64,000 nucleotides of DNA, taken from positions 32,885 to 96,884 of the forward strand of contig CAVTQK010000017.1 of NCBI GenBank assembly GCA_963736855.1. Direction: 5' to 3'. A program made the position numbers and the translations under genes. The notes beneath the pieces are model-generated. The model searched no databases and was not told the DNA's origin. It saw only the letters and a program-made list of their open reading frames with translations. The stretch's first letter is position 1, and every line of letters begins with the position of its first letter. Below, in pieces: positions 1 to 10,556 of this stretch. This stretch comes from an uncultured delta proteobacterium. GTDB lineage: Bacteria; Desulfobacterota; Desulfobacteria; Desulfobacterales; UBA2156.

Positions 1-368
1 GGTACCTGGGAAACGAGAAGGGCCGGCTGGTCGGCATGGAATGCCTGAAAATGGAATTGGGCGAGCCCGATGCTTCCGGTCGGCGACGTCCTATCCCCAT
101 CAAGGGATCCGAGTTCACTATGGAGTGTGACCTGGTGGTGGTGGCGGTGGGATCCGGGGCCAATCCGCTGCTGACGAGTTCCACTCCGGACATGACTCTC
201 AACAAATGGGGGTATATCCAGGCCGATCCGGAAGACGGTAAAACGACGAAAAGGGGGGTGTGGGCCGGCGGCGATATCGTCACCGGCGCGGCCACCGTCA
301 TCCTGGCCATGGGTGCAGGCCGGAAAGCCGCAGACTCAATTCATAAATACCTGACCTGGGGCTGGTAG
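1..368 (+). CDS. C-terminal part of NADPH-dependent glutamate synthase small subunit / SudA-like flavoprotein (5' end outside window)
   Basis: Frame is open from the window edge. Motifs GRRRPIPIKGSEF and GVWAGGDIVTGAATVILAMGAGRKAA are typical of the GltD/SudA C-terminus. Confidence 0.85.
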   Translation, partial: YLGNEKGRLVGMECLKMELGEPDASGRRRPIPIKGSEFTMECDLVVVAVGSGANPLLTSSTPDMTLNKWGYIQADPEDGKTTKRGVWAGGDIVTGAATVILAMGAGRKAADSIHKYLTWGW

Positions 369-412
369 GCCCAGATTTTAGAGGAGAGTTACACGCCCGC
401 CATCGACTGTAT

Positions 413-445
413 TTGACAGGGCGATGGCGGCGCGCTATTTATATT
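413..445 (+). promoter_or_regulatory. sigma70-like promoter for the TPP leader
   Basis: TTGACA at 413-418, 17-bp spacer, TATTTA at 436-441, directly upstream of the riboswitch. Confidence 0.5.
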
Positions 446-451
446 AATATT

Positions 452-546
452 TTTCATTGGGGGAGTTGAGTCCCATCAGCTGAGAGGAGGCTTGCCGCCT
501 CGACCCCTTGAACCTGATCCGGATCATGCCGGCGTAGGGAAAATGA
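452..546 (+). promoter_or_regulatory. TPP riboswitch
   Basis: GGGGAG...CTGAGA...GACCCCTTGAACCTGATCCGGATCATGCCGGCGTAGGGAA matches the THI-box core and precedes an NMT1/THI5-type transporter. Confidence 0.95.
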
Positions 547-621
547 CCTCAAACCACATCGTTTTCATTCCTTTCCCCCCCACCGCCGCTGATCCTTGCT
601 ATCGCAACTCTTTGCTTTGGA

Positions 622-1440
622 TTGTATGAGATGACGGTCGATTCAGGCCGATACCGGTCGGTACACGGGTCGTCTTTAAATGGATCCCCCGGGATTCCTG
701 ACCTTGCCCCCGGGATCTTCCTCGAAAATGTCTCCTTCGCATATGCTGAAAAGGAGATTTTCCGGGGTTTGAATTTCACCGTTGAAGGGGGTTTATGGAC
801 CTGCCTCATCGGCCCCAGCGGTTGCGGCAAGTCGACACTGTTAAGGATCATTTCAGGAACTCTTCGGGAAGGTCTCACCGGGAGCATTCGATTCGGCAGT
901 TTCACACGGCAGGAGGGACTCACGGCCTGGATGGCTCAGAAAGACCTCCTTTTACCCTGGTTGACCGTTTTGGAGAATGTCTGCCTGGGGGCACGCTTAA
1001 GAGGGGAGCTGACGGAGGAAAAGCGCTACAAGGCTATGGAACTTCTCAAAGATGCCGGGTTGGCCGGGTATGCCAAGGCGCTTCCCTCTCGGATGTCCGG
1101 GGGAATGCGGCAACGTGCGGCACTGCTGCGGACCCTGATGGAAGAGAGGCCGGTGATCCTGATGGATGAACCCTTTTCAGCCCTCGATGCCTTGACAAGG
1201 CTCAAGCTCCAGGATCTGGCAGCGGAGCTGGTGCGGGGAAAGACGGTCCTGATGGTCACCCATGATCCTCTGGAGGCTTTGCGTCTGGGACATCGGATTC
1301 ATGTCATGCAGGAGAGCCTGGGGCGGCTGAGCCGGGCAATCATTCCCCCAGGCACGCCGCCACGCAAGACGGGCGATCCGGCTATGGCCTCTCTGCAGGA
1401 ACATTTGCTGAGTATGCTGGAAGGGAAGGAATCCGCATGA
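622..1440 (+). CDS. thiZ: ABC transporter ATP-binding protein (thiamine precursor uptake, ThiZ-like)
   Basis: Walker A GPSGCGKST, signature MSGGMRQR, Walker B LMDEPF; lies under the TPP riboswitch. Exact start uncertain. Confidence 0.8.
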   Translation: MYEMTVDSGRYRSVHGSSLNGSPGIPDLAPGIFLENVSFAYAEKEIFRGLNFTVEGGLWTCLIGPSGCGKSTLLRIISGTLREGLTGSIRFGSFTRQEGLTAWMAQKDLLLPWLTVLENVCLGARLRGELTEEKRYKAMELLKDAGLAGYAKALPSRMSGGMRQRAALLRTLMEERPVILMDEPFSALDALTRLKLQDLAAELVRGKTVLMVTHDPLEALRLGHRIHVMQESLGRLSRAIIPPGTPPRKTGDPAMASLQEHLLSMLEGKESA

Positions 1441-2198
1441 ACGTGGTGCGCCTTATGGCCGTCGTGGCGGGACTGGTGGTGCTCTGGCAAGGGGTGGTGC
1501 TCGTCACAGGGGTTCCTCACTACATTCTTCCCGGGCCGCATAAGGTGGCGCAGGCTGCGTTGGCACATCAGGGACCGTTGGTGCATCATGCCGGGATCAC
1601 CCTGGTGGAAATCCTTTCCGGTCTTTTCCTGGGCACCTTCGTGGGAGTCTCGAGTGCCCTTTCCATGATCGCTTCCCGCAGCCTCAAGCGCTGGCTGCTA
1701 CCGATTCTGGTAATCAGCCAGGCCATCCCTGTTTTTGCCCTGGCCCCCCTTTTGATCCTCTGGTTCGGATACGGCATGCTCTCCAAAGTGGCCATGGCGG
1801 TCTTGATCATCTATTTTCCGATCACCGCCTCCTTTTACTACGGGATGCGCCAAGCCGATCCGGATTGGCTGGAGTTGGCTAAGGTCATGGACGCCAAGCC
1901 CATGGCCGTCGTCCGCCATATCCGGATCCCCGCAGCACTCCCTGCATTGGCCTCGGGATTGCGGGTTGCCGCGGCTACGGCTCCTATCGGAGCGGTGGTA
2001 GGAGAATGGGTCGGTTCCAGCGAAGGCCTTGGATTTTACATGCTGCACACCAACGCCCGGATGCAGATCGACGCCATGTTCGCAGCCCTAACTGCGCTGG
2101 CTCTGCTCGCCCTGTCGCTGTATTTTTTAATCGATTACGCCATGACCCGAATCGTATTTTGGCAAAAAGAAGAAAGAAAGGAGGATTCGAAAACATGA
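1437..2198 (+). CDS. thiX: ABC transporter permease (ThiX-like)
   Basis: Hydrophobic SsuC-type permease (GAVVGEWVGSSEGLG); ATGA overlaps with both neighbours. Confidence 0.8.
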   Translation: MNVVRLMAVVAGLVVLWQGVVLVTGVPHYILPGPHKVAQAALAHQGPLVHHAGITLVEILSGLFLGTFVGVSSALSMIASRSLKRWLLPILVISQAIPVFALAPLLILWFGYGMLSKVAMAVLIIYFPITASFYYGMRQADPDWLELAKVMDAKPMAVVRHIRIPAALPALASGLRVAAATAPIGAVVGEWVGSSEGLGFYMLHTNARMQIDAMFAALTALALLALSLYFLIDYAMTRIVFWQKEERKEDSKT

Positions 2199-3145
2199 AA
2201 CCCATGGTTAAAATCGGGGTAATGCTCTTTATGCTTTTAGGATTATGGGGCCTTCATCCGGCGCGGGGTTCGGAAGCATTGACGGTGGTGCTCGATTGGT
2301 TCATCAACCCGGATCACGCCGGACTGATCGTGGCGAAAGAAAAGGGCTTTTTTGAAAAAAACGGTTTATCGGTCCGGTTTCAGATTCCTTCGAATCCAAA
2401 CGACCCCCCCAAGCTGGTGGCGGCAGGGAAGGCGGACATCGCGGTATCCTATCAGCCCCAACACCATCTTCATGTGGACCAGGGGCTTCCGCTGGTGCGT
2501 TTTGCCACGTTGGTGGCAACGCCTTTAAATGCCCTCGTGGTCCTGGCGGACGGGAAAATCAAGGATATCGCGGATCTGAAAGGCAAAAGGATCGGGTATT
2601 CCATCGGCGGGTTCGAGACGGTCCTTTTGAAAACCATGCTGGCACGATATGGTCTGTCGCTTTCGGATGTAACCCTCATCAATGTCAATTTTTCGTTGTC
2701 ACCTTCCCTTTTTTCCGGGGCCACAGACGCGGTCATCGGCGCTTTCCGCAACTTCGAGCTGAATCAAATGGAAATCGAAGGAAGGCCGGGCCGGGCGTTT
2801 TTCGTGGAAGAACACGGCATCCCGCCCTATGATGAGCTGATCCTGGTGGCCCACCGCAAAGCTCTTTCAGATCCCAGGCTGCGTCGATTCGTGGATGCCC
2901 TGGAGGTCGGGGTCCAGTTTCTGATCAATCATCCCCAAGAAAGCTGGGAACTGTTTATAAAGAACCGGAAGGATCTGGATGATGAATTGAACCGCAGGGC
3001 CTGGCGCGACACTCTGCCCAGATTCGCGCTTCGGCCGGGCGCTCTGGATCGGATGCGCTATGTGCGCTTTGCCCAGTTTGCCAAGGACAACGGCCTGATC
3101 AAAAGCATTCAGACCCTCGAGACTTACGCCGTGGAGCTTCCCTGA
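2195..3145 (+). CDS. thiY: NMT1/THI5-like substrate-binding protein (ThiY-like)
   Basis: Signal peptide then LDWFINPDHAG and GAFRNFE motifs. Start ATG 2195 overlaps the permease stop and follows GGAGG. Confidence 0.85.
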   Translation: MKPMVKIGVMLFMLLGLWGLHPARGSEALTVVLDWFINPDHAGLIVAKEKGFFEKNGLSVRFQIPSNPNDPPKLVAAGKADIAVSYQPQHHLHVDQGLPLVRFATLVATPLNALVVLADGKIKDIADLKGKRIGYSIGGFETVLLKTMLARYGLSLSDVTLINVNFSLSPSLFSGATDAVIGAFRNFELNQMEIEGRPGRAFFVEEHGIPPYDELILVAHRKALSDPRLRRFVDALEVGVQFLINHPQESWELFIKNRKDLDDELNRRAWRDTLPRFALRPGALDRMRYVRFAQFAKDNGLIKSIQTLETYAVELP

Positions 3146-3192
3146 ACCGAGGGGGGTGGTAGAGACCTTCTCTCGAAAGATACCTCGCTGGA

Positions 3193-3996
3193 TCAGGAAA
3201 GGCCGGCTTTGGCATAAAGTGCATAGAAGTGATGGGTGGGCCCGCACCCCTTTCCGATGGAAAGGGCGTTTTCGATGGCCCCGGTCACATATTCCTTAGC
3301 GGATTTCACGGCGTCGAAGAAGTCTTTCCCCTGGGCAAGAAATGCCGCCACGGCCGAGGAAAAGGTGCAGCCGGTGCCATGGGTGTTATGGGTGAAGACT
3401 CTCCGATGGGTCAGCTCCATAAAACGATTGCCGTCAAAAATGACGTCCGTGGCATAATCTCCGCCCATGTGTCCGCCCTTGACCACAACCTTTTTGGCTC
3501 CCTTTTCGAAGATCTGCCGGGCGGCCGAACGCATGGTTTCCACATCCAGGATCTCTTTTCCCACTAGGGCCTGGGCCTCGTGAACGTTGGGTGTGACCAC
3601 ATCGGCTAAAGGAAAGAGGTTTCGGATCAGAGCCTGCTGGGCATCTTCCTTTAGAAGGCGGTATCCGCTTTTTGACATCATCACCGGGTCGAGGACCACG
3701 GGGGGGCATTTGATTCCGTTGAGCGCCCATGCGACGGCTTCGATGAGGGGGATGCTGCCGACCATCCCGATTTTCACGGCGTGGATCTCAATGTCGTCGA
3801 AAAGGCACCGGATCTGATCATAAACCACCTGGGGCCGCATTTCCTGGATGTCATAAACCTTGATGGTGTTTTGAACCGTCACCGCGGTGATGGCGCTCAT
3901 CCCGAAGACTCCGAGGGCCTGAAAGGTCTTCAAGTCTGCCTGGATTCCAGCGCCGCCGGATGAATCCGAGCCTGCGATCGTCAGGGCTACTTTCAT
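3193..3996 (-). CDS. thiD: hydroxymethylpyrimidine/phosphomethylpyrimidine kinase
   Basis: [26 protein letters not shown] and [11 protein letters not shown] motifs. Confidence 0.95.
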   Translation of the reverse strand: MKVALTIAGSDSSGGAGIQADLKTFQALGVFGMSAITAVTVQNTIKVYDIQEMRPQVVYDQIRCLFDDIEIHAVKIGMVGSIPLIEAVAWALNGIKCPPVVLDPVMMSKSGYRLLKEDAQQALIRNLFPLADVVTPNVHEAQALVGKEILDVETMRSAARQIFEKGAKKVVVKGGHMGGDYATDVIFDGNRFMELTHRRVFTHNTHGTGCTFSSAVAAFLAQGKDFFDAVKSAKEYVTGAIENALSIGKGCGPTHHFYALYAKAGLS

Positions 3997-4011
3997 CACT
4001 CACCTTCCTTT

Positions 4012-4581
4012 TTATTCCAACCGAATTCCATCAAATTGAAGGGCCCATTCCCGAAATCGGTTCCATTGAGTGTCTCCTATGGCTTTCAAGCTCTTTTCGA
4101 TTTCTTCAAAGGTCTTATGTTGGCCTTCCGGGGCTCCGTTTTTGGAATGAAATTTGTCTGCGTAACAGATTATTTCCTCTTCCAGAGTCACGGGTCGCAT
4201 GTCCCGTTCGGGGAGGGGGAGGTTGAATTGTCGAATATCCTCCAAGGATATGCCCACCCCCACATGCCGTTCGCAGACAAGGCCGTGTTTGGGAAACCCC
4301 ATGGCGCAAAGAATCTGATTTCCCAGGTACCCGTGGCAGACGTACGGGTATGAGCCGATGCATCCCAGTTTCGGCGTATCGGTCAAAAAGATGCCGATGT
4401 CGTGGAGCATGGCTGCCTCTTCGATGAATTCAAGGTCGAGGTTTTCTGAGGCGATCCCGAGCGTTGCAATCTCTATGGCCTTTTCGGCTACCGCCTTCCC
4501 GTGGCATATCAGTATCTCGTAACATTGCGAGCCGGGTGCGAAATAGTGCTCGATGATTTCCAGCGGATGAATCCCCATCAA
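4012..4581 (-). CDS. HD-domain phosphohydrolase (HDIG family)
   Basis: [15 protein letters not shown] and ICYADKF motifs. Confidence 0.85.
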   Translation of the reverse strand: MMGIHPLEIIEHYFAPGSQCYEILICHGKAVAEKAIEIATLGIASENLDLEFIEEAAMLHDIGIFLTDTPKLGCIGSYPYVCHGYLGNQILCAMGFPKHGLVCERHVGVGISLEDIRQFNLPLPERDMRPVTLEEEIICYADKFHSKNGAPEGQHKTFEEIEKSLKAIGDTQWNRFREWALQFDGIRLE

Positions 4582-4599
4582 CGACCATCCTCACTTGAA

Positions 4600-5701
4600 C
4601 TAATGCGCTTTTTGCTTCAGTAAAACGCCCTCGATGAACGGATCGATGTTGCCGTCCAGCACACTGGTCACGTTTCCCACCTCCATGTTGATCCGGTGGT
4701 CCTTGACCAGTTGGTAAGGGTGCAGCACATAGGAGCGGATCTGATTTCCCCAGGCGATCTCATCCTTGCTTTCGTGGATTTCTCTGAGTTTTTCATTCTG
4801 CTTTTCTTTTTCGTGCTGGTAGAGTCTGGCCCGGAGCACTTTCATGGCCAGGTCCTTGTTACGGAACTGGGATTTTTCCTGCTGGCACTGTACCACGATA
4901 CCGGTGGGAAGGTGTGTGATGCGGACTGCACTGCTGGTCTTGTTCACATGCTGGCCGCCGGCGCCGCTGGCCCGAAATACATCGATGCGCAGGTCTTTTT
5001 CTTCGATATCGATGACGATTTCATCTTCAACGTCCGGATAGACAAAGACCGAGGCAAATGAAGTATGACGCTTCCCGCTGGCATTGAACGGCGAGATCCG
5101 TACCAGACGGTGGACGCCGGTCTCGGTTTTAAGGTACCCGTAGGCGTATTCCCCGGAAGCGGTGAAAGTCACGCTCTTGATGCCGGCTTCTTCTCCCGGT
5201 TGCATATCGATCAATTCGAGTTTGAAACCTTTGCCTTCGATCCAACGCGAGTACATGCGAAACAGCATCTCCGCCCAGTCCTGGGCTTCTGTGCCGCCGG
5301 CGCCGGCGTTGATGGAAACGATCGCATGGTTTGGATCCTCCTCTCCGTTGAGGATCACCGTGATGGAAAAATCCTTCACTTTTTTCTTGAGCAGGCCCAC
5401 CTGGAGGGAGACTTCTTCTACGATTTCGGCGTCGGACTCTTCCTCTGCCATGTCGAGCAAGAGCACACTTTCATCGGTGGCTGTGGAAAGTGTTTTGTGA
5501 GCTTCGATCTGCTGGGTGATTTGGGCCCGTTCTTTTAACAGAGGTTTGGCTTTTGTCGGATCATCCCAGAAATTTACTTTGGAAATGACGATTTCGATTT
5601 CCTGCAGGCGTTTTTCTTTTCCGGCGATGTCAAAGAAAGTCTCCCAGCTGGTGCAACTGGGTTTGAAGCTCTTTGAGATCCTGTTTGATTTCAATGGTCA
5701 T
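4600..5701 (-). CDS. prfB: peptide chain release factor 2 with programmed +1 frameshift
   Basis: GGQ (SGAGGQHVN) and SPF motifs. True start is ATG 5701 (MTIEIKQD...GDFL) after AGGAGG. CTT-TGA-C shift site at 5635-5629 has an internal SD-like GGGAG just upstream. Confidence 0.97.
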
Positions 5702-5720
5702 GGTCATATCCTCCTATTCA

Positions 5721-7292
5721 TCAGGTTCTTTTTTGTCTGAGGCCCGCTGTCGCGGCAACGATTCCGGCGCAGGCCAACGGGAACCAGTCTCCCAGGCGGT
5801 TATAGAGGGTCCCTTCATTCATTAACGGTACTTCCCGGGTCAAGACGGCCTCCTGAAAAAGCGGTGTTTGGGCCGTTATCCGGCCCACAGGATCGATGAA
5901 GCCGCTGATTCCGGTATTGGCACTGCGCACCAGAGAGCGGCGGTTTTCAACCGCCCTGAACACCGACATAAGGAAGTGTTGGTGCGGCGCGCTGGTGTCT
6001 CCATACCATGCGTCGTTGGTGAGGTTGATGAGCACCTGAGCCCCGTTTTTCGCCATAGCCCTTGAAAGGTACGGGAAAATGATCTCATAGCAGATCAACG
6101 TCCCCAGAGGTCTGCCGCTCCAATCGATGACCGCCCCTTTTTCCCCGGCAGTAAAATCTCCCACATGGGCCACCATCTTGCCCAAAAACGGGATCCATCG
6201 CTTCAACGGCACATACTCGCCGTAGGGAACGAGATGAGCCTTATCGTATCGGCCAAAAACGCTCCCTTTAGAATCGATAAGGTAAGCTCTGTTAAAATAT
6301 CCGATCCGTCCGCCTTTGGGTTCATAGGCCGGGCTTCCGATCATAAAGTCGCATTTGAAATCCCGGATTCCCTTTAATACGGTGAGTGAAAGTTCAGCAT
6401 CCTGGAGAAAATAAAAGGGCGTCGCTGTTTCCGGCCACACCACCAGATCCGGGTTCTGTTCCTGCGCCCTTCGGGTCAGGTTAAGATATTTCTGAACTGA
6501 AGCCGCCTGATATAGCGGGTCCCATTTCAATGTTTGTTCGATATTGCCCTGCACCACGGCGATCCGCGCTTTCTTTGCTCGGGCAACTTCGAAAGCGACT
6601 TGCCGGATACGCAGTTCCCCATAGATCCAGCTCAGGACGATCAAAAGGATTGCCCATATAACAACGCCTCCGGAAAACCAGGGGTTTGAATTAAGGCGCC
6701 GCGTCCGGGACAGATACAGGCAAAAGATGGCTGCATTGAAAGACAGGATCAAAAAGGAAACCCCGTATACTCCTAATATATCGGATATCTGAATCAAATG
6801 CAACCATTTCACCTGAGAATAGCCCAGAATCTCCCAGGGAAAGCCGGTAAACAGGGTGGATCGAAGATACTCCAGAAACACCCAGAGACCTGGAACTCCG
6901 GCAAGGAGTGAAAATGAACGTAAAGGGAGTCGGGTGACAGTTCCTGCAAAGATGGCTGGAAAAAGGGATAAATACGCGCTCAGGAGAATCAGCAGCGGCA
7001 CGGACATGTACAAAGGCAAGGGGCCATAACGGACCATGGTGGGAACCAACCAGTAAAGAATCGTCAGATAATGGACCATCCCTGCCAAAAATCCACACCG
7101 GAAGCCTTCCCAAAAGCCCATTCCACGAAGGGCGATAAGCAAAGGAATCAGGGCGATCCAGGCAAGCCCAGAAGCTCCGATATTCGGAAACGAAGCGGTA
7201 AGCAACAGCCCGCTTCCCGTGGCAAGCAGTGCCTGAAAAAAAAACGGTATGGGATGCAGTTCCTTTTTAGATGAAAAAATTCGCTTTTTCAT
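5721..7292 (-). CDS. lnt: apolipoprotein N-acyltransferase
   Basis: TM N-terminus plus CN-hydrolase motifs WPETA, KAHLVPYGEY, ICYEIIF, NDAWY and RSANTGIS. Confidence 0.95.
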   Translation of the reverse strand: MKKRIFSSKKELHPIPFFFQALLATGSGLLLTASFPNIGASGLAWIALIPLLIALRGMGFWEGFRCGFLAGMVHYLTILYWLVPTMVRYGPLPLYMSVPLLILLSAYLSLFPAIFAGTVTRLPLRSFSLLAGVPGLWVFLEYLRSTLFTGFPWEILGYSQVKWLHLIQISDILGVYGVSFLILSFNAAIFCLYLSRTRRLNSNPWFSGGVVIWAILLIVLSWIYGELRIRQVAFEVARAKKARIAVVQGNIEQTLKWDPLYQAASVQKYLNLTRRAQEQNPDLVVWPETATPFYFLQDAELSLTVLKGIRDFKCDFMIGSPAYEPKGGRIGYFNRAYLIDSKGSVFGRYDKAHLVPYGEYVPLKRWIPFLGKMVAHVGDFTAGEKGAVIDWSGRPLGTLICYEIIFPYLSRAMAKNGAQVLINLTNDAWYGDTSAPHQHFLMSVFRAVENRRSLVRSANTGISGFIDPVGRITAQTPLFQEAVLTREVPLMNEGTLYNRLGDWFPLACAGIVAATAGLRQKRT

Positions 7293-7360
7293 GGCAGGGG
7301 GTTTCCCCTATGAAGTAAAAAGGCCCTGGGAAAAGGGCCCTGTCCAATACAAACTCGATA

Positions 7361-7438
<78 letters not shown>

Positions 7439-7505
7439 AATAAGAATCTTTTCCTACCATGATTTTACCGTCCGCGCAAGGTGCAATGATCGACCAGCCA
7501 CATCG

Positions 7506-8261
7506 TCACCTCAGATAATCGAATACAGCGCCGCACACTGCATTTGCGAAAGCGGCAAGCTCGGCAGGATTTTGGAACCGCATTTCGTCCCGGGGGTTGG
7601 TCAGATAACCGATCTCCATCAAAATGGCGGGCATGTCCGCCCCTTTCAGGACTTGAATAGGGACTTGATGAATGCGCACCGGCAAGCCGAATTTATGTCC
7701 GATGGATTCCTTCAGGGTTTCGGCAAAGGCTTCAGATTTCGTTTGATGTCCGATCTGGAGGGTGTCCCAGTGCCGGGGTACTTTTACCGAATCCTCCGTC
7801 CCTGAAGACGGTGGTGTTATTGCCGTTTGGGGGAAAACGGATGCGTCACAGCAGAACAGTTCAACGCCCTTATTTTCCGGGTTCAGGCTTTCGGCGGCAT
7901 GGATGCTGATAAACAGGCTGGCCTTTTCGTGATTGGCGATGGCCGTCCGTTTGGAAATTTCTATATCATAATCATCGGTTCGGGTCATCACTACGCGGTA
8001 AGCCTTGCTCAGTTGGGTTTCCATCATTCGGGCAAAGGTAAGGGTGACATCCTTTTCCAGAGATGCCGCCGGACCATGGATGCCTGCGTCTTGCCCGCCA
8101 TGGCCGGGATCCAGGACCACCGTTTTTCTTTCCGCATCCCACAGCCCGGCAGCCGCCGTGCCGACCATCCCGACCATTCCGACCATGAACAGACCCATTA
8201 TCCACCACATCCGGAATCCCGAGAATCTTGACACGACAGGGTTCTGAAAATTTGATTGCAT
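7506..8261 (-). CDS. N-acetylmuramoyl-L-alanine amidase (Amidase_3)
   Basis: VLDPGHGG, FISIHA and ILMEIGYLTN motifs; N-terminal signal segment. Confidence 0.9.
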   Translation of the reverse strand: MQSNFQNPVVSRFSGFRMWWIMGLFMVGMVGMVGTAAAGLWDAERKTVVLDPGHGGQDAGIHGPAASLEKDVTLTFARMMETQLSKAYRVVMTRTDDYDIEISKRTAIANHEKASLFISIHAAESLNPENKGVELFCCDASVFPQTAITPPSSGTEDSVKVPRHWDTLQIGHQTKSEAFAETLKESIGHKFGLPVRIHQVPIQVLKGADMPAILMEIGYLTNPRDEMRFQNPAELAAFANAVCGAVFDYLR

Positions 8262-8428
8262 GAATCCCTTTCCTGCTTTTATCTTGACACTTTTTGGCTC
8301 TGCAATTATGATCTATCCGAATTTCTCTTGCAATTTAGCGTAGTTGACATAAATGTCAATATCGGTGCGGGATAGAGAGGGAAAACCTTAGCATAAGGTG
8401 TCGACTTTTTTCGAAGCCATTAATATAA

Positions 8429-8515
8429 GCGAGAGTGGCGGAACTGGTAGACGCACTGGACTTAGGATCCAGCTCTGGCGACAGGGTGGGAGTTCGAGTC
8501 TCCCCTCTCGCACCA
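8429..8515 (+). tRNA. tRNA-Leu(TAG)
   Basis: GCGAGAGTGGCGGAACTGGTAGACGC, CTGGA-CTTAGGA-TCCAG arm, long variable arm, CCA end. Confidence 0.95.
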
Positions 8516-8580
8516 TCGGCACCCGCCCCCGTATATCCTAAAAACGTTTAGCATAAATAAAGGAGATCAAAGAAAGGAAT

Positions 8581-9928
8581 ATGATGCAGGTTACTGTGGA
8601 AAACGTCAACAGCGTAAAAAAGATTCTCCATGTCGAAGTCCCGGCGGAGATGGTCAGGCAAGAGATCGAAAATGCCTACCGGGAGATTAAAAAGACGGCG
8701 AAAATCAAGGGGTTTCGTCAGGGAAAGGTCCCACGAAACGTCCTCGAACGTCTTTTTAAAAAGGATGTGCAGGCGGATGTGACCAACCGTTTGATCCAGG
8801 AGACCTTTGTGAAGGCCCTCAAAGAGGCGGACCTGAACATCGTCGGAAGCCCGAAGATCGATCCTTCGGAGGTTGCACCCCAAACTCTCGTTCCAATACA
8901 ATGCCACGGTGGAGATACAACCCAAGATCGACGCCATCGATTTCAAGGGGTTGAAATTAAAGAAGAATATCTATAAGGTCAGTGATGCGGAAATCGAAAC
9001 GCACCTCAAGCTGCTCCAAAAAAACATGGCTCAACTTAAAACGATCACAGAGGAGCGCCCGGCAAGAGAGGACGATTACGCCCTTATCGATTATGAAGGG
9101 CATAAAGAAGGACGGCTCTTCCCGGAGATCGGAAAGGCCGAAAATTTCGCATTGCAAATCGGAAAAGGGGCTATCGCCCGGGAGATCGACGAGCAGCTCA
9201 TCGGAATGAAGCCGGGGGAACAGAAACCGGTAACCGTCCAATTTCCCCAGGACCACTTCAATAAGGCCCTGGCCGAACAGAAAATCGATTTTCAAGTCCG
9301 CTTAAGAGAAATCCGGGAGGAGATCCTGCCTAAAATCGATGATGAACTCGCCAAAGATGTAGGCGATTATCAAAACCTGGAAGCTCTGAAAGCCCAAATT
9401 TTCGATAATCTGAAGAAGGGATACGAAAAACGAACCGACCAGGAACTCAACGAGCAGATTTTCAAGGCCCTCATCGAAAAGATTCCTTTCGAGGTCCCGG
9501 AGACCCTTGTGGAAGCCGAACTGGAAGGTATTCTCTCGGATGTGGAACGGTCGTTTCAGTACCGGAATAAGAAACTGGAAGACGTGGGGCTTACCAGAAA
9601 TATAATGGCTGAACGCTACCGGGAAACCGCAGAGAAACAGGTCAGGAGATTCCTGATCCTGGACAAGATTATCGAGCAGGAGTCCCTGAAGCTTGGCGAT
9701 GGTGAACTGGAGACCGAAATGACCCGGATGGCTGAAACGCTGAACCAACCCATCGATGAAATCAATCGATATTACAAGGAAAATGGGAACCGTCTGAAAG
9801 TTTTAGAGCACGGACTACTTGAAAAAAAGGCCATGGCGCTTATTATAGATAACAGCCAGATCGAAGAGGTCCGTCAAAAAGAAGATGCGGACCCTGAAAT
9901 TCAGACCGAAAAAAAAGAAAAGGAGTAA
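8581..9928 (+). CDS. tig: trigger factor (split by one apparent extra base near 8878-8881)
   Basis: Signature IKGFRQGKVP in ORF 8581-8976 continues as FKBP and C-terminal domains in ORF 8873-9928. Removing one C from CCCC joins them (EVAPKLSFQYNATVEI). Confidence 0.92.
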
Positions 9929-9931
9929 GCC

Positions 9932-10555
9932 TTGCCTCTCATACCTATGGTCATCGAACAGAGTAGTCGGGGGGAACGTGCATATGACATCTATTCGCGG
10001 CTCCTGAAGGATCGGATCATCTTTTTAGGCACCGCCATCAATGATGAGGTGGCCAACCTGCTCATCGCCCAGCTATTGTTTTTAGAGTCGGAGGATCCGG
10101 ACAAGGACATCAATTTTTACATCAACAGCCCGGGAGGCCTTGTCACTTCGGGTCTTGCCGTGTATGATACCATGAGTTACATCAAACCGGAGATTGCCAC
10201 GGTGTGTATCGGACAGGCCGCCAGTATGGGCGCTATCCTGTTGGCTGCAGGAACCCATGGAAAGCGGTATTCGCTTCCGAATTCGAGAATTCTCATCCAT
10301 CAACCCATGGGCGGGTTCCAGGGTCAGGCATCGGATATTGCGATCCAGGCAAAGGAGATCCTGCGCATGAAAGATACATTGAACCAAATCCTGGCCCATC
10401 ACACGAGGAAAGACATCGAAATCATTCAGACGGATACGGATCGTGACTTTTTCATGTCCGGCAAGGAAGCTAAAGAGTACGGCATTGTGGACCATGTTAT
10501 CGTGAACCGGGATGACCTGGATCGTCTGGACAAGCCGGATAAACAGGAGAAATGA
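9932..10555 (+). CDS. clpP: ATP-dependent Clp protease proteolytic subunit
   Basis: [20 protein letters not shown] (catalytic Ser) and IHQP motifs; TTG start. Confidence 0.97.
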   Translation: MPLIPMVIEQSSRGERAYDIYSRLLKDRIIFLGTAINDEVANLLIAQLLFLESEDPDKDINFYINSPGGLVTSGLAVYDTMSYIKPEIATVCIGQAASMGAILLAAGTHGKRYSLPNSRILIHQPMGGFQGQASDIAIQAKEILRMKDTLNQILAHHTRKDIEIIQTDTDRDFFMSGKEAKEYGIVDHVIVNRDDLDRLDKPDKQEK

Positions 10556-10556
10556 C

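Noticed and set aside
8159-8187. 9-bp tandem repeat (CCGACCATN)x3
   Set aside because: In frame within the amidase signal segment (MVGMVGMVG); no switching potential.
8878-8881. Programmed +1 frameshift at CCC-C in tig
   Set aside because: No known tig recoding and no stimulator visible; a homopolymer error is far more likely in this assembly.
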